Origin: Cyanidioschyzon merolae
Taxonomy: Eukaryota
Direction: 5' to 3' (one strand)
DNA length: 64,000 bases
NCBI GenBank assembly: GCA_000091205.1
Contig: AP006492.2
Part shown: piece by piece, positions 46,226 through 59,400 of the stretch
How positions within the stretch are numbered: the first letter of the stretch is position 1
Layout: each line of letters begins with the position of its first letter
Position numbers and translations under genes: made by a program
The notes under the pieces: model-generated
Database searches by the model: none
What the model was told of the DNA's origin: nothing
The model's input: the letters and a program-made list of their open reading frames with translations, nothing else

Positions 46226-47395
46226 ATGTTTATCCAATTGGAAGCATTCTGTGTTCAACCTTTAACTGGACGCGAATTTTGTGCTGGGAGGCCTCTCGTG
46301 TGCACGCAACCTAGCAGGTGGCAATTGCAGGCGTTTTCGCGGCGGCAGCTTTCGGTGCGAACCGGGAGCACGCTCCGAATGAGCAGTGCGGGGGGTACGG
46401 TGGCGGCTGACATTGACTATCGTAGCGTTCCAGATGTTCTCAAAGAAATACTACGGCGAAAACAGCAGGAAGTTGCCAGTCTGAAGGCTGAGGTCGCCCA
46501 GGCAGGTGCTGAGCACCCGCTGCAGCGTCGCCTCGATGCAGCCGCGGCTGGTCAGATTCCAAAGTCACGTCAGTTTAGCAGCGCAATTCGTAAACCGAAA
46601 GGAAGCATCTCTGTTATTGCGGAGATTAAGCGACGGTCACCGAGCTCTGGTTTAATTGCCGAAATCCCGGACGTGCGACAGCTCAGTGACCTGTACTACA
46701 ACGGAGGCGCAGCCGCAATCTCGGTACTAACAGATGCTGCCTTCGATGGAACACTGGATGATCTGCAAACCGTGGTGAAGCATCAACAAAAATTTCGAGG
46801 AAGATATCCCGGTCCTTGTCCGGTCCTCCGCAAGGACTTTATCATTGATGAAATCCAAATCGCTGAAGCTGCAGAGCGAGGTGCAGCAGCAGTGCTTTTG
46901 ATTGTTGCTGCAATTGGGGAAGCAGGGCTGCGCAAACTGCTTGAGGCAACACATCGGCACGGTCTTGAAGCACTCGTAGAGATTCATGACGAAGAAGAGC
47001 TGGAGATCGCAAAGGCTGCCGGTGCAGAGATCATCGGCACTAACGCACGCGACCTGCGCACTTTCAACGTCGACCTCAACCGTTGTTTCGAGCTCATCGG
47101 CCGGTATCCCCCGAATGTGATTCCAGTGGCGGAAAGCGGTATCCACGATGTGATGGATGCTTGGCGTTTGCGGGACGCTGGCTACTCGTCGATTCTAGTT
47201 GGTGAGGCACTCATTCGCGCCGCAGAATCCTCGAAACTACCGAGTAATGCTTACCAATCGAGCTTTAACGAAGCGTATGGATTGTTGAGAGCCTTTACGT
47301 CAAAAGGAAGCACCAAGTTTGGGCCAATTAGCACCACGAGAATTTTCGGGAAAGGTGAAGGAGCAAAAGAGTCGCTTGGGTATTTGGAGATGTAA
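46226..47395 (+). CDS. Indole-3-glycerol phosphate synthase, stand-alone (not fused to PRAI/TrpG), with a roughly 70 aa transit-peptide-like N-terminus
   Basis: KGSISVIAEIKRRSPSSG, ISVLTDAAFDG, LRKDFIIDEIQIAEA, GAAAVLLIVAAI, EALVEIHDEEELE, IIGTNARDLRTF and IPVAESGI are the IGPS TIM-barrel motifs. Confidence 0.85.
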   Translation: MFIQLEAFCVQPLTGREFCAGRPLVCTQPSRWQLQAFSRRQLSVRTGSTLRMSSAGGTVAADIDYRSVPDVLKEILRRKQQEVASLKAEVAQAGAEHPLQRRLDAAAAGQIPKSRQFSSAIRKPKGSISVIAEIKRRSPSSGLIAEIPDVRQLSDLYYNGGAAAISVLTDAAFDGTLDDLQTVVKHQQKFRGRYPGPCPVLRKDFIIDEIQIAEAAERGAAAVLLIVAAIGEAGLRKLLEATHRHGLEALVEIHDEEELEIAKAAGAEIIGTNARDLRTFNVDLNRCFELIGRYPPNVIPVAESGIHDVMDAWRLRDAGYSSILVGEALIRAAESSKLPSNAYQSSFNEAYGLLRAFTSKGSTKFGPISTTRIFGKGEGAKESLGYLEM

Positions 47396-48456
47396 AAAGC
47401 CTCACCTCGACCACCATGAGGTACTCGGACACGTTACACGCTTTCAAAGTTCTCACAACAATCCCGTCAGTTGCGAGATGCGGCTCCCAGATTCGGCGTA
47501 TATACTGAGGGAAGGATGCTCCGCAGGGCTCAGGTTGTGGGGTAGCGTCTCCGCCCGAGTGACGGGCCGCTCCTCATCGATGACATGACCTGGTGCATCA
47601 GCCTGCGCGGGTTACCAGTCTCGGCTCGATGAGATGGATAGTGTTTGATAGGATTCGTCGTCGAGAGACCTCGGAGAATCCGCTCGTTAGGCAGCCCAAC
47701 GGACTCGGCGCATTGCAGGTCATTGCGCTATCACCTGCTGATACGCCCGCGCACGAAGCTAGCGCTTTCTGCTGCTTGTCCGCCAGTGTCAGCTGTGAGC
47801 GTTAGCACCGGGCGTTGTGCCGGTTTTCGCGTGTTCGTCCGCGATTCCCGGCGAAACGCGGAGCCTGTTATCCGGCACGCCAGTACTCAAGCAAATCAAA
47901 AGTCCCACTTTCTGCAGTTGCTCTGGTCGTCGATAAAAGCGCTGTGCCAGAATTCGCGGAAGACGAAACGCGTACTGAACACGATCCCGTATCCATGCCT
48001 GCTTTACTGCATCATTTCTGAATAACTTCCGATTAACTTCCATCAGACGTCGGTAGAGACGGGGAAACCCGTACGTTTTCGCCACCGCGAACACCGCAAC
48101 CTTCTTCAAAACGGAGAGCATCAAGAGTTTCAAGAGCACGCCTGGCATCGAACGGTTACTCAGAAACGAGTGCGTACTCTGTTTCACCTAAAGACTTCAC
48201 CGCAAACCATGTTGAGCGCTAGAGAGTAGCAACAGTTTGGCGTATGCTAACGCTGGTACTCGGCGACGCGCTCGAGTCTAGGATACGGACGGTCCGGGGG
48301 TTCTATTGCCGCACGAGCGCACCGCTAGACGCCGGTAGGGAACGGCTTCGTTGAACCCAGCAACGATGCAAGTCAGGAAAAGGGGATCTCTGTAGGGTGC
48401 GGTAAGCAACGATTTTCGAACTCACTCGACAAGGACTAAGCAAAGGTTTCGCAAGG

Positions 48457-49773
48457 ATGCGATCCTGGCTACCTGAGCGGAGCCTCGGACCGCAGCCCTC
48501 GTGGCGGCTGTGGTACGCAGAAGCGAGCTTGGAAGCGCTAGAAAGGCTCTTTCGCGAGCAACAGCTCCCTGTCTATGTTGGAATTCTGGTCTTGTCTCCA
48601 GTGTCTGAAGAAAACGCTTCATATGATCATTGGACGGAACCGATACGGGCTTGTTTTACGGAGCTCGAAAGCATCCAGTTTGTTACACAAAAGTGTCAGC
48701 TCTCGCCTTTTGAGCTCGTGCAGTGCTTGCTCGGAGCTCGACAAGCCGGTTCAGCCCCGGCAGTTGCGCTGTCCCAAGAGGTGCACACACAATCTCGGAC
48801 AGGGTCCAGCGCTTCTGCCGCGGCTCACGTTGCCCCTGGTGGTCCAGCGTGTACTGCGCTCACCCGGGACCCGCAGCAACTCATGGCTGTCGATGCAAAG
48901 AGACGTTTCATACTGCCGTTAGAGGAAGCGCTATATCGTCGACTGGGCCTGATCGGACGGGGCCACCAGCCTCGTCTGGCTCGTCGACGATACCGCAGAC
49001 CGGTCTACGGCGATGGAGCATTTGTTATTATTGATCTTGCGCTATTGCAAGAAAAGCCAGAAAGCAAGTATCGACAGCAGGTCACGAGAGGCCTTCAGAG
49101 GTTCACGGATCGGCTCGAGTGGCAACTCACATCCATCAGCGGCACTGATGCGCCGCTCTCGCCCGAGCTTGGTGTCGTTGAAGACACAGCGTGCCGTGTT
49201 TACACGGGAACCGCCACGTCGACTTTCCCGTGGTTGTATCGAAACGTACTTCCTCAAGCTTACACGACCGCAGAAGAATTTCATGATCCATTAGAGCGTG
49301 CGGAGAACTTTTCGATGCTCATGGATGCGCTGGGGTTTTTGATGCGAGCACCCCGCGGCAAATGCATCGAAGACGCCTCACAGGAGACTCGATCCTACTT
49401 GCAACCTATGTGGAGCGCTCGGGCTGATGCAGACACCCAGGCTGAGCAGCTTTCGTTTTACCGCTTTGAGTGGGGTGCTACTCAAGCATCTCTCCTGCCA
49501 CACGCATGGTGGAAGAGAATTCTGCCCCTTGTATGGAAGCTGCACAGCACACCGACCGATTCGTCTCTGCAGATCGTGCTGCAGGTCAGGTACCAGGGAC
49601 TAGCTGATGAAGCTACCTCCCGGAAGCATCGATACAACACATTACAACACTCGCCGTACACTAGGAATCTTGTCGGATTTTTCGGTTCTACGTCGGAGCT
49701 GCCGTTCTCGAGCACGCGGGTAAACGGCGCTCACGATCAGATTCCTTTCGTGTCGTTCGAGCAACCGCTTTGA
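48457..49773 (+). CDS. Hypothetical protein (438 aa), no recognised domain
   Basis: Uninterrupted ORF with a verified ATG (aggatgcgatcc). It is convergent with midasin. Confidence 0.4.
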   Translation: MRSWLPERSLGPQPSWRLWYAEASLEALERLFREQQLPVYVGILVLSPVSEENASYDHWTEPIRACFTELESIQFVTQKCQLSPFELVQCLLGARQAGSAPAVALSQEVHTQSRTGSSASAAAHVAPGGPACTALTRDPQQLMAVDAKRRFILPLEEALYRRLGLIGRGHQPRLARRRYRRPVYGDGAFVIIDLALLQEKPESKYRQQVTRGLQRFTDRLEWQLTSISGTDAPLSPELGVVEDTACRVYTGTATSTFPWLYRNVLPQAYTTAEEFHDPLERAENFSMLMDALGFLMRAPRGKCIEDASQETRSYLQPMWSARADADTQAEQLSFYRFEWGATQASLLPHAWWKRILPLVWKLHSTPTDSSLQIVLQVRYQGLADEATSRKHRYNTLQHSPYTRNLVGFFGSTSELPFSSTRVNGAHDQIPFVSFEQPL

Positions 49774-50476
49774 AGTTTGATTCCAGATTTTGGACACACG
49801 ATGAAACCCCGCTCCTTTTCATCACGACATTACAGTCTGAGGTACAGAGAGCACTCGACAGGGCGTTTACTGTTCACACCATAACATCCACTTGGTTGCT
49901 GCGGGGAATTCCAGCGCTCCGCATGCATCCATCAAGGAATCGCTGGCAACTGGACATTACCCAGGCACCACTGCATACATTTCAAAATTTGCGCACCTTT
50001 TCATGCCGCAGCGCTCAGGATGCTCGGTGCGTCGGTCATCCACACCGCTGTGAACACTCGAATCCGGTATCTTGGTCGAGAAACGAGTCCGCGTTGCCAG
50101 GTATCGCCACGGCGTCTTGGGGCACTTGCGCCGCAGACCGGTGTACACCAGCTGCGCCCTGTGCTCGCGTTATAGCTATGCTTGCGACGGTCTGTTCCAG
50201 TGAATCGCTGTACTGCACTGCCGATGGACTCGTACCGATCACCTTGAACACGAGCAACATCCACAGCAAACTGCAAAAACATCGATCATACAGTGTCGGC
50301 ATAAGCGTGAAACGCGCTGGGATTCCGATGCCTCGCGAAGCTCGGCGCTCACCGTGGGCACTCGGCATCGCGGGCGCTTGTCGCGAGCGCACCCAGGCAC
50401 AGACCCCCGACACAACGTCGCAATCAGGCACGATACCGTGAAAAGCACCTGGCAAACGCGGCGCTCTCGTGTGCTG

Positions 50477-53400
50477 CTAGCATCCGGAATCCATGCCGGC
50501 TGCGAGCCATTGCCGTAACGTGTCCCCGAATACCGCCGGCAAAGCGGCAATCTCCTCTACAATGACATAGAAAGGAAAGGGAAAATCTTCCAGGTAGCGT
50601 CGCACCTGCATGCGTCCACCCGGGGCAAAACCGACCTGCTTCATATCGAGAACAGAGGTACGCCGGACCGCGCTCGACGCCTGCTGCTCTTGTTCTCGAG
50701 TGCCAGCAACCTGATCCAATATGAAAAACACGATCCGCAGACGTTGTGCATTCGCTTCTCGAATGAGCGCGCGGAGGGCGTCTCGCTCTCCTAGTCGCCC
50801 GTCGGAAAGAATCAGCAACAGCTGCCAAGAATCGATCACACCGGCTTGCTGCTCCCGTGCCTCTCGGAACAACGCCGACGCACATTCTAACAGAGCGACC
50901 ACATTGGTCGCCTGCTGCTGGAACGTAAACTGACCAAGCAGCTGATCACCAACAGAGCCAGCGGCGGGTATTCCGGCGTGTAAGGAATGCACGACTTGTG
51001 CATCGCAACCGAAACGGATAACACCCAGATGTGCCAGTTCGAGTCGCTGCAGCGCCGCTGCAACCACCACCAGAGACTCTAGTGCCAAGCGAGACGCACC
51101 TGATTCGTGCATACTCGCAGAGTCGTCGACCGCAACAACGATATCGTATCGACGACGGTCTGGACGAATACGACGCATCCAGATACGATCGCGGGTGTAG
51201 TTGCTGGCCACATAATCAATGAGACGACGCATATGGAGCCGCTTCCCGGTGCGAAAGTCGCCTGCAAAACGCGTCATTTGGTTGTACTCGAGGACGGGTT
51301 CCAGTCGACGGCTGAGGTGTGCAATCGTCGCCTCATGAGAACGTTCAAGTGCGAACCAGGTGATCAAATCAGCATCAGCAGCCGCTTGTTCCAGCGAGTA
51401 TCGCGTATGGTCCGCGTCCATGTGCTGTGGTGCGATATCCTGGTTGTCATCCTTGTCGTTTTCGTCGTCGCGATGATGCAGGGACTCTTGGCGTTGCGTT
51501 GCGCGCTGGCGTTCAGGTTCTGGTGTCTTCGCGGTAGACGTCTGGCGTCCTGGTGACGCTTCCGCTGGTGACAGTGTCGACGACGCGCTCCACTGTGCAT
51601 TGCGATGGCTTGCAGCTGGTACCACCAGGTCGTCGACATTCGAACCGGTCATCTGCTGCACCTGCGGCTGATGCGGCACGCCCGTTGGATCCTGGTTGTC
51701 GCTCCAGAGATCGTCCGTCAACGCAGGCATACGATGTTGTTCATCTGCCGCAGCTGGTTTGTTCTGTTCCAACGAAGTTGATGTTTCCCCAGTGTACGGG
51801 TATGGCAAGTCAAGGGGTGTTGCGGTTGGCGCGGCTCCACTAGACCATTCTGCTGCTACGCTTGACGCAACATGAGCCTGCCGGTCCGGAGCGAGTGACA
51901 CCGCCGCCTCTGCTGCATACGCGGGTGCGCCTTGCGCCGAGGCGCTCCGCTGCTCTTCGGTGCTTTCCCAGGATGCTGGCTGGGGCGGCGTTGTCCAGTG
52001 CATAGCGTCCTGGCTCCAGATCGTCTCCGGCACATTCCTGGCTGCGAGCGGCATCGTTGTCGCAGCATCGACCTCGGTATGAGCCGCTCCGGGCCTCTCC
52101 CTGGGATTTTCCGATACCGCTTGCATGACCGGTGCCTCTGCGGATGCTGGAAGCGTACCTGACGACGCGGCTGCGGCTCCAGTTGCTGCTGCGGATTGCG
52201 ACGGTGCACTTGCAGCGTTTCCAGACTCGCCTCCGGTAGCCAGTTCGGGGAGCGCAGCATTGGCTAGTATCGAGGATTCAGAGACGGGCGAGCGGCCTGT
52301 GTGCTCTCTCGTCTCCGAGGTATCCCGAGCGTCAGACTGAGACCTCTCGGCATCTGCGGGAGACGCGTTCATCGTATCTCCATTGTCGGACAGAGCGTCC
52401 TCGTCTGAATGCAACGCGCTCCTCGCTTCGGCCTCCTCCGAGGCGTCAACAGAGACAGAGTCGACAGCAGGTTCGTCGCATTCCCAGTCTTCAGCGAATG
52501 GCAAGCCTTCAGATGCCTCTGACACCCTATCCGGAGACGAGTTGCCGTCCGGATGCACCAGGTCCTCGAGGATGTCGGGAGCGTCCTGCTCGGGCTCGTT
52601 CAGCGACGCTTCCGGGCTCATGGAGGGTTGCGCAGGCCCCGTGACTGCACACGGTAACCGCGGGGCAGCTTCTGCATCCACGGTGCTCTCGTTGCCAGAT
52701 GCAACCACCTCCGCTGGTGCATCTGTCATCGAGTCGGGTGCCGCTTCCTCCATACTCGTCGCAGCTAGAGCTGTTGCTGAGGTCGCTGTCCTGTCAGCAG
52801 GCAACGCGCGCTCCTCCGGGCAGGGCGTTGGTGCAGTCTCCGTCGCGGGCGGCGCTTCCGTGCCCCCTGGGTTGTTCATGTCACCGTCGACGTCGATGTC
52901 GTCTTCTGGGGCTTGCCCCAGAGTCTCGTTCTCTGTAAACGGTGCCGAGAACGCCGCTGTGGTGAGCAGCTCCTCATTCGATTCGAGGTCATCAGAGGAG
53001 CGCGGCACGCCCTGCTCCGCTGCACTATTCGTCGCTCTGTCGGAGGCGAAGAGCTCCTCACCAAGCTCGGATGCTGCCAGGTCGGCGGAACAGTCACGAG
53101 CATCCGCATTCAATGCTCCGGTGTCAGCAAAGCCCGCTCCCTGGCGCATCACATCCTTACCAACTGCATCGCGCTGTGCATCCACTGCTGCATTGTGAAG
53201 CAGCATCAGCGAACGATCCGCAAGACACAACAAAACCTGAACGATACGCACAAGCGACCAGTGCAGACGCCGCAACATGGCCAGTTTGCGCTCAAGTGCG
53301 CCATGCTGGTGCTCAGAGACATTCGCAGTGCCGTGCACTTGTCCCAGGCACAATACAAACGCTTCGCTTGACGACGGACGCCAGTGCAGGAGCTCCATCA

Positions 53401-56400
53401 GTGTCCAGTCCGGCGTTGCAGTCGGTGTCGCCGTCTGGCACTCTGGAGACGCTCGAGGGCTCGCTTCGGGGTGGCGTTCAGACGCGGGACCCTCGTTATC
53501 CCGACGAGAGTCTTCGGATACTGGAATTGGACCCGCCTCCATTTGGCCATTACCCCGCAGCGATGCAGGCACTCGTCGCTGGAGTTGGAGTCGGAGCCTT
53601 GCAACTTGCTCCAGAGCACATCGGTACAGTTGCGTACGCAATGCCGTTGCCGCAGCACTTGTCGTGCGAGACGTGCCAGACTGAAACGTACGCAGCAGTT
53701 GCTCGAGGTCGGTTGCGCTGCTTTCGATGCCGTCCCAGTCGTGCTGATGGAGCTGACGCCCAAGTTCCGCCGCCAAGGCCGCAAAGCGAGCCCCCAGTGA
53801 CGCAGCGTCTGGCCAACAGCGACACAGTACGGCCAGTTCCAGCGCAACACGGCGAGTATCCATTGTTGAGACAGACGCTTCATCGATTATCGAATATTCG
53901 GCAGCATGACGCTGCGTCTGTGTATCCAGTTCCGTGACTGGAGCACCACGCCCCGGGACCGCTCCCTTCGACAGCACTCGAGTCGCGTCGTGCGCACAAG
54001 TCCAGCTCGCGACCGCCTCCGAGTTCGAAGGCGACGTTTCCGCCGCTGCCGCTGCTGCTGCTGCGCAACGTACGGATGCTTGCGTCTGGACTTGCACAGC
54101 TGGATGAGCATGCGCGATCTGCCAGGTTTCGCGTTGGTCAGCGAGGTCGCTGAGCAGCCCGCGCACCAACGCCAGCAACGTAGCCACGGTGCGCAAGCCT
54201 CGCAGCTCTGCCGGATCCGTAGTAGCCGTCAGCTGCTCCCAGAACTTGGTATCCACCAGCAGCAACATGTCCAGCACATCGAAAAGAGCTGCATGATCGT
54301 CGTCGCCGTCGTCCGTATTGCTCATGTACGGTGTGTTTGGCTGCTGTTGCTGTTGCTGTGGCTGTTGTTGCGTCCGAAGACGCTCCGCTTGTCCCAGGGG
54401 GTATCCCCAGGGCGCCCGCCCGTAATAGAGCACGCCAGCGGGCCAGTGCAACCGCAAAGGCTCTCGCAATGGACGCTTTCGTATCCTCATTGGACGCAGC
54501 AGTTGAAAGATAGAGCGATAACAACGCTCTATAGATGCCCAACAGCACTTGTTCTGGTGCGCTAGGCGCTCCAGTTCCCTCAGTGCAGCCAACGACGCCT
54601 CGTGTACCAGCGATAACTGCTCCAACGCTGGTCCAGCTGCCTTCACGTTGGTGTCCATGAACGATTCTTGCGTCGAGCTGACCAATGCGGTTTGCGAACG
54701 CTCCAAGAGCTGCTTAGCGACGCGTTCACGAGCTCGCTGCCAGAGCGACTGCACACTGCTGTCCAGCAGGTGGTCCAGGGCTCGCCACTGCTGGCGCTCC
54801 TCCTGCTGCAGCTGCTGGACTGCTGCTCGGTAGCGCTCCCAGTCGGCAAGCTGTCGCCACGGTCGCTGCATCTGCATCCCGAAGCGCAGTCGCTGCAGTT
54901 GCCACTGGGGGAGCTGTTTCTGTTGAAGCTCATCAATCGCTTCCTGCACTATCTCGCAGTATCGTACGTAGTAACGGTAGACAAGTACCAGTTGCGCTTG
55001 GATAGCTTGCAAGCGAGGCTCCAGCTGGCTACCGTAGCGCGCAAGCAACCGCCACAGCTGTAGCAACGGAAAGACATATCCCACGGCGAGCGTCTCCATG
55101 CCCTGTCCACAACAGACGAGCCACTGGGGCACACGCTCATCGCCGAGGAGCATCTCTGGGTCTTGTCCAGCGCTCGTACGCTTTCCCATTGCATCCATCA
55201 ACGAGCATCCTGCCCTGGACTGTTCAGAGACTGCGGCGCTCTCGGCGAGCGTCGCAACCTGCAACCAACACGGGAGCGTGTCGATGACCCGCTTCGAATA
55301 GCGCAGAGCACGCTCTTCACGTTGCCAACGAGTCTGGGCGAAACAAGCGAGTCGCATCGAGACTAGCAGCGAGCCGAGCTGCTCCCAAGTGTCGCGCAGC
55401 GCACCATTAGTCGAATCATCTGCATCGGAGAAAGCACAACGCTGGGCAATCTCTTGTGCCAGGGGTTCAAGGAGCTCTCCCAGGAGCAGCTCGAGCGCTT
55501 CCCGCTCCCGGCCAAGGGCTCGCAATTGTTCGCTTCGCTTGGAACAACTATCCCAGCGCGTCGCAAGGTGCATCCAGAGGGCTCGGTCCGGCTCTTGACG
55601 CGCCCAGGCACGCAGCTGGTCACCCAGGCTAGAGAGCGCTGCTCCGTAGCGCCACGTAGGTTCGGCTGCGCTTCCATGCAGCGAGGCACTGGACTCTGCA
55701 ACCGGTCTCTGCCACGCAGTCCATAAATAGGGCAGGGAGTGTGGATGCTGGAGGACGCTCCACCAGGTAGTTGCCGGTTGGATACGCAACAACTGTATGG
55801 ATGCCACCACGTAACTCCGCAGAAGCGCTTCATAGCTGTGCTTTTGCAGTGCTGCGAGCACTTGAGCAGGGAGCTCTTGCGTACAACTCAAAGCTTCCAT
55901 TCCGATGAGCAGCAGCGCGAGAGCTACGACCACACCAGAGCACCACTGAGTCGTTTTCGTATCCACAGAGGAAGTACCAGGGGCAGCAGTGTTGACCAAT
56001 TGAGCCAACAGCCCGGGCAGCGATTGCCAACAGGTGCTCCCTGGCGGTACTGCTGGGTGCTCGCTCGAGTTCCAGCGTCGACCGCAGCCACCATCCGTAG
56101 CTATCTGACCAGAAGCAATCGCATTGCGCTCCGAGAGTGCTGCATTCCGTACAAAAGCAGTACTGCATGCTATCTGTCCAGCAGCAAGGACGTCGATCTC
56201 CGAGAGCACTGCATTCGGGACAGAAGCAGCACCAGTGGGTATCGCTAAAGGGACAGGTAGTGCGTCCGCCCTGCGCTCCAAGTCCTTAATCACGCTCACA
56301 TACGAATCCGAAGGCGCTACTGCTGCTGCTGCTCGCTGCGAATCTCGTGTCCCGTGAGTTGCCTCCAGAGACAGCAAACTGTATTGGTGCCAAAGACGCA

Positions 56401-59400
56401 ACGCTTCCCATTGTGGGGTTTCGTCGGGATCCAGGTCCATTCGAGCACATGCAGTGCCGGTTGATGCGGTGCGCTCTGGCGAGCCTTGCCGCAGTGGCTC
56501 TAGTTCGGACTCGAAGAGGCGCCTACAGTGTGCAAGCGCCTCATCGGAAGCTTCCGCGGCTGCAACAGCACCTGCTCGACTCCACGGCATTCCAGCTGCT
56601 GCAGCAAGCGTTCGCCAAGCCTCTTGTGCGGACGTTTCCGGAGCCGCTCCATTGGGAATCGATGCAGACGCCTGGGCGCGTCGTTCATCGAGACCAGGAA
56701 CACCTCCGGCAAGCACCACATCCAACAAGACTGCCCAGGCATGCCAGAAACGGGTTTGTGCGCTTTCCTGTCTACAAAGCAGTTGCTGCAACGAAACTAG
56801 CAGCCGTCGAGGTGCTCGAGCAAGGCGCACTGGTGCCAACAGGCCGCCTCTCGCTCCAAGTGATGGCTCAGGCTCGCGCTCAGACGCAAACACCGACTCG
56901 AGAAGCAACAACATCCGCGGCCTCCAGAGCGTCGACCAGTCCAGTGCGTCGGTGGTGCACATCCCAGCGACACTCTTTTCGGCATCGAGAAGCAGCCTCT
57001 CATGGTATTCCTGGTACCAGTCAAGCACGACAAGTCCGGCGGTATCATGCAGGGCGTGAAAACGTCCACCTGGCAGCAGTGCTTCCGCTGCTTGCAGTCC
57101 CTCCAAAGCCCCCAGGCGTTCCGCTGCACTCCAGACGTGTGTCCAGCCTGCAGCGGATTCTCGAGGAAGCATTCGGAGCAGCGGTTCCTGCTGCTCCCTC
57201 CAAGCATGACCGTACGCGAGTGCCGCTTCCAACGTCGGTACCGATGGGCGATAAAACCTACGCGCTCTAGCCTCGGCGCGTAGAGCCGCAAGCTGTGCTT
57301 CCGACAGGTCCACACGACGAAGGAGACTTCGATCTGCGGACCCAGGCAGCGTACAGCTGTAGCCGTTAAAGGCCTGCTCCACAATGCGATCATCACGCTG
57401 ACGCAGGGCCTCCATCCACGGGAGCAGCTCCTCATCCAGATAGCCATATACCTCGGCAGGATCGACCACTGCAGGCAACGACGGCATGCGACTCGCGGAC
57501 TGCTCGGTTTCCGAACGACCGTGCTCTTCGATGCCAAGCACCGGTGCAGCAGTCGGATGTTGAAAGCGACTCGCTGACTGCCCGGTTTCCGAACGACCGT
57601 GCTCTTCGATGCCAAGCACCGGTGCAGCAGTCGGATGTTCAAAGCGACTCGCGGACTGCTCGGTTTCCGAACGATCGTGCTCTTCGATGCAAAGCACCGG
57701 TGCAGCAGTCGGATGTTCAAAGCGAGGAATGCGCCACCAGAGCACCGCATGTCTCTGGGGTACAGTTCCAGGAGCCGTCGTACCTCCAGTGGTCGCAGGC
57801 GCGTTCCGAGAGCGACCTGCGGGCCCCGGTGCGCCCCGTTGAGCGTCCAGCGTCGGCACTAGACCTCGTTCCCAGAGTGCTTCCCAGAGATAGGCATCGA
57901 GCGCGTCGGCGGGCGTGCTAGTGCTGGGCTTGATATGCTGGGCGTCATTATAGGCCCCAAAGTCGTACTGCCGCTGCAACAAGGCATCGGCGAGGCAATG
58001 AAACGCGCATGAACCCGACATGAGTGACTCCCAGTGGTGCGGTAAACCGCAGCAGGTGCGCTGCGGGTCGAAATAACGCTCCTTGGCCTGTTCGCTTGAC
58101 TGCATGGCGTGCAACGTCTCCGAGGCCTCGCTGTCGTCCAGCAGGTGCAGCGCCCAGCACACGAGATGCCAAGACAGCGCTACCTGACGAAGCGCACACC
58201 GCACAAACCAGTCGTTTTCTCGTTCGGGAGCGCCCAGCGCAAGCGCTACCCGCATGGTGGCAACCACGACCACGAGAGGCCATGAAAAGCGCACTAGCCA
58301 GTTGTTCAGCTGCATCCAACGGCGTTGCAAGGCTCCGCGTTCCTGGGTGTTCGCGAAAGCAGCCTCGTGGCTAAGAAGCCTCTCGCTTGCACACAGCAGA
58401 CCCGCTAGATCCATCAGCACAAACCAGGCAAGCCATCGTGGCGTGGAACGCGGAAGCAACGCACTCACTGCGCGCTGTGCGGGTTGCTCAGCAAGCCAAC
58501 GAGTGCGAACGCTAGCATCCGTCGTAAAAGCAGCAACAGCAGCAGCAGCAGCAGCAGCAGCAACAGCATTGGCTGGTGTGCTCTTCTCGACTGCTGCGCT
58601 TTCGCCGGGGTCATCGAGCTCCGCATACGCCCCGTCCTGTTGGACCAAGGTATTCGATGTGAATGATTCACGTGCCGGATCACCGGGGGGCATCGTGAGG
58701 CGACAACATGCCTTGGCGGCGGCAGTCAACCAGTCCACAGAGGCCGCATATGCCGCCTCCCTGCCCTGGTTGTAGAAACGTTGCAAGAGACTGGATGCAT
58801 TCGACGTGTACGCATTCGGCAGGGCGCGTTGCCACCAGCACCAGCGCTCACCGCTCGACGAGCATACCTGGAAGCATGCAGCGTCAAGTTCAAGTGCGCT
58901 GCGTATTCTTTTCCAAGCTGGCTGAAACACAGCAACATACCCACGGGTGCTTGATCCAACTGGATGCATTATTGATGCTCGCCAGCGTGCATCGTTTCCA
59001 CTCTCCTGAAAGCGTTTTCGGGACAGGCTCTCGAGAGCATCCAGTCGAATGGCCGTAATCTGCTTCCTGAACGGGCCCTGTATCGTTGACGTCGACCAGG
59101 GAATCTGCCATGGCCAAAAACAACGCCAGTAAAGGAGCAACCACACGAGCACTTGCTGCTGCTGCATTGCAAAAGTCGATTCTGTGCCTGTATCGGGTAT
59201 GGGATGCAGCTGCAGCGTATCCAGTAGAGGTTCACCGCTCAATGACGCGGATCCGGTACGCCCAGGACTGGACGCTCCATCTCTGGGCAGTCGTGCAACC
59301 GGGGCAAGCGAACGAGATGCTCTGCGAAACGTCTCTGCGGAGAACGGCATCAATGGATACGATTCTGGTCCTAGACCGATGAGCGCGAGACGCAAACCCA

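Noticed and set aside
49770-50441. 223-aa plus-strand ORF between the convergent hypothetical gene and midasin
   Set aside because: It overlaps the two genes' 3' regions. It is Cys/Arg/Ala-rich like the GC-triplet shadow frames, it starts at a non-ATG codon in the track, and it has no motif.
52383-53198. Long opposite-strand ORFs inside midasin (for example 52383-53198, 53071-53937, 56347-57270), and similar ones inside the Miro, PAH, CENP-C-like, CCR4-like and WDR48 genes
   Set aside because: They are antisense shadows of real CDSs in CAG/GCT-rich sequence. The proteins are Ala/Ser/Arg-rich and low-complexity with no domains.
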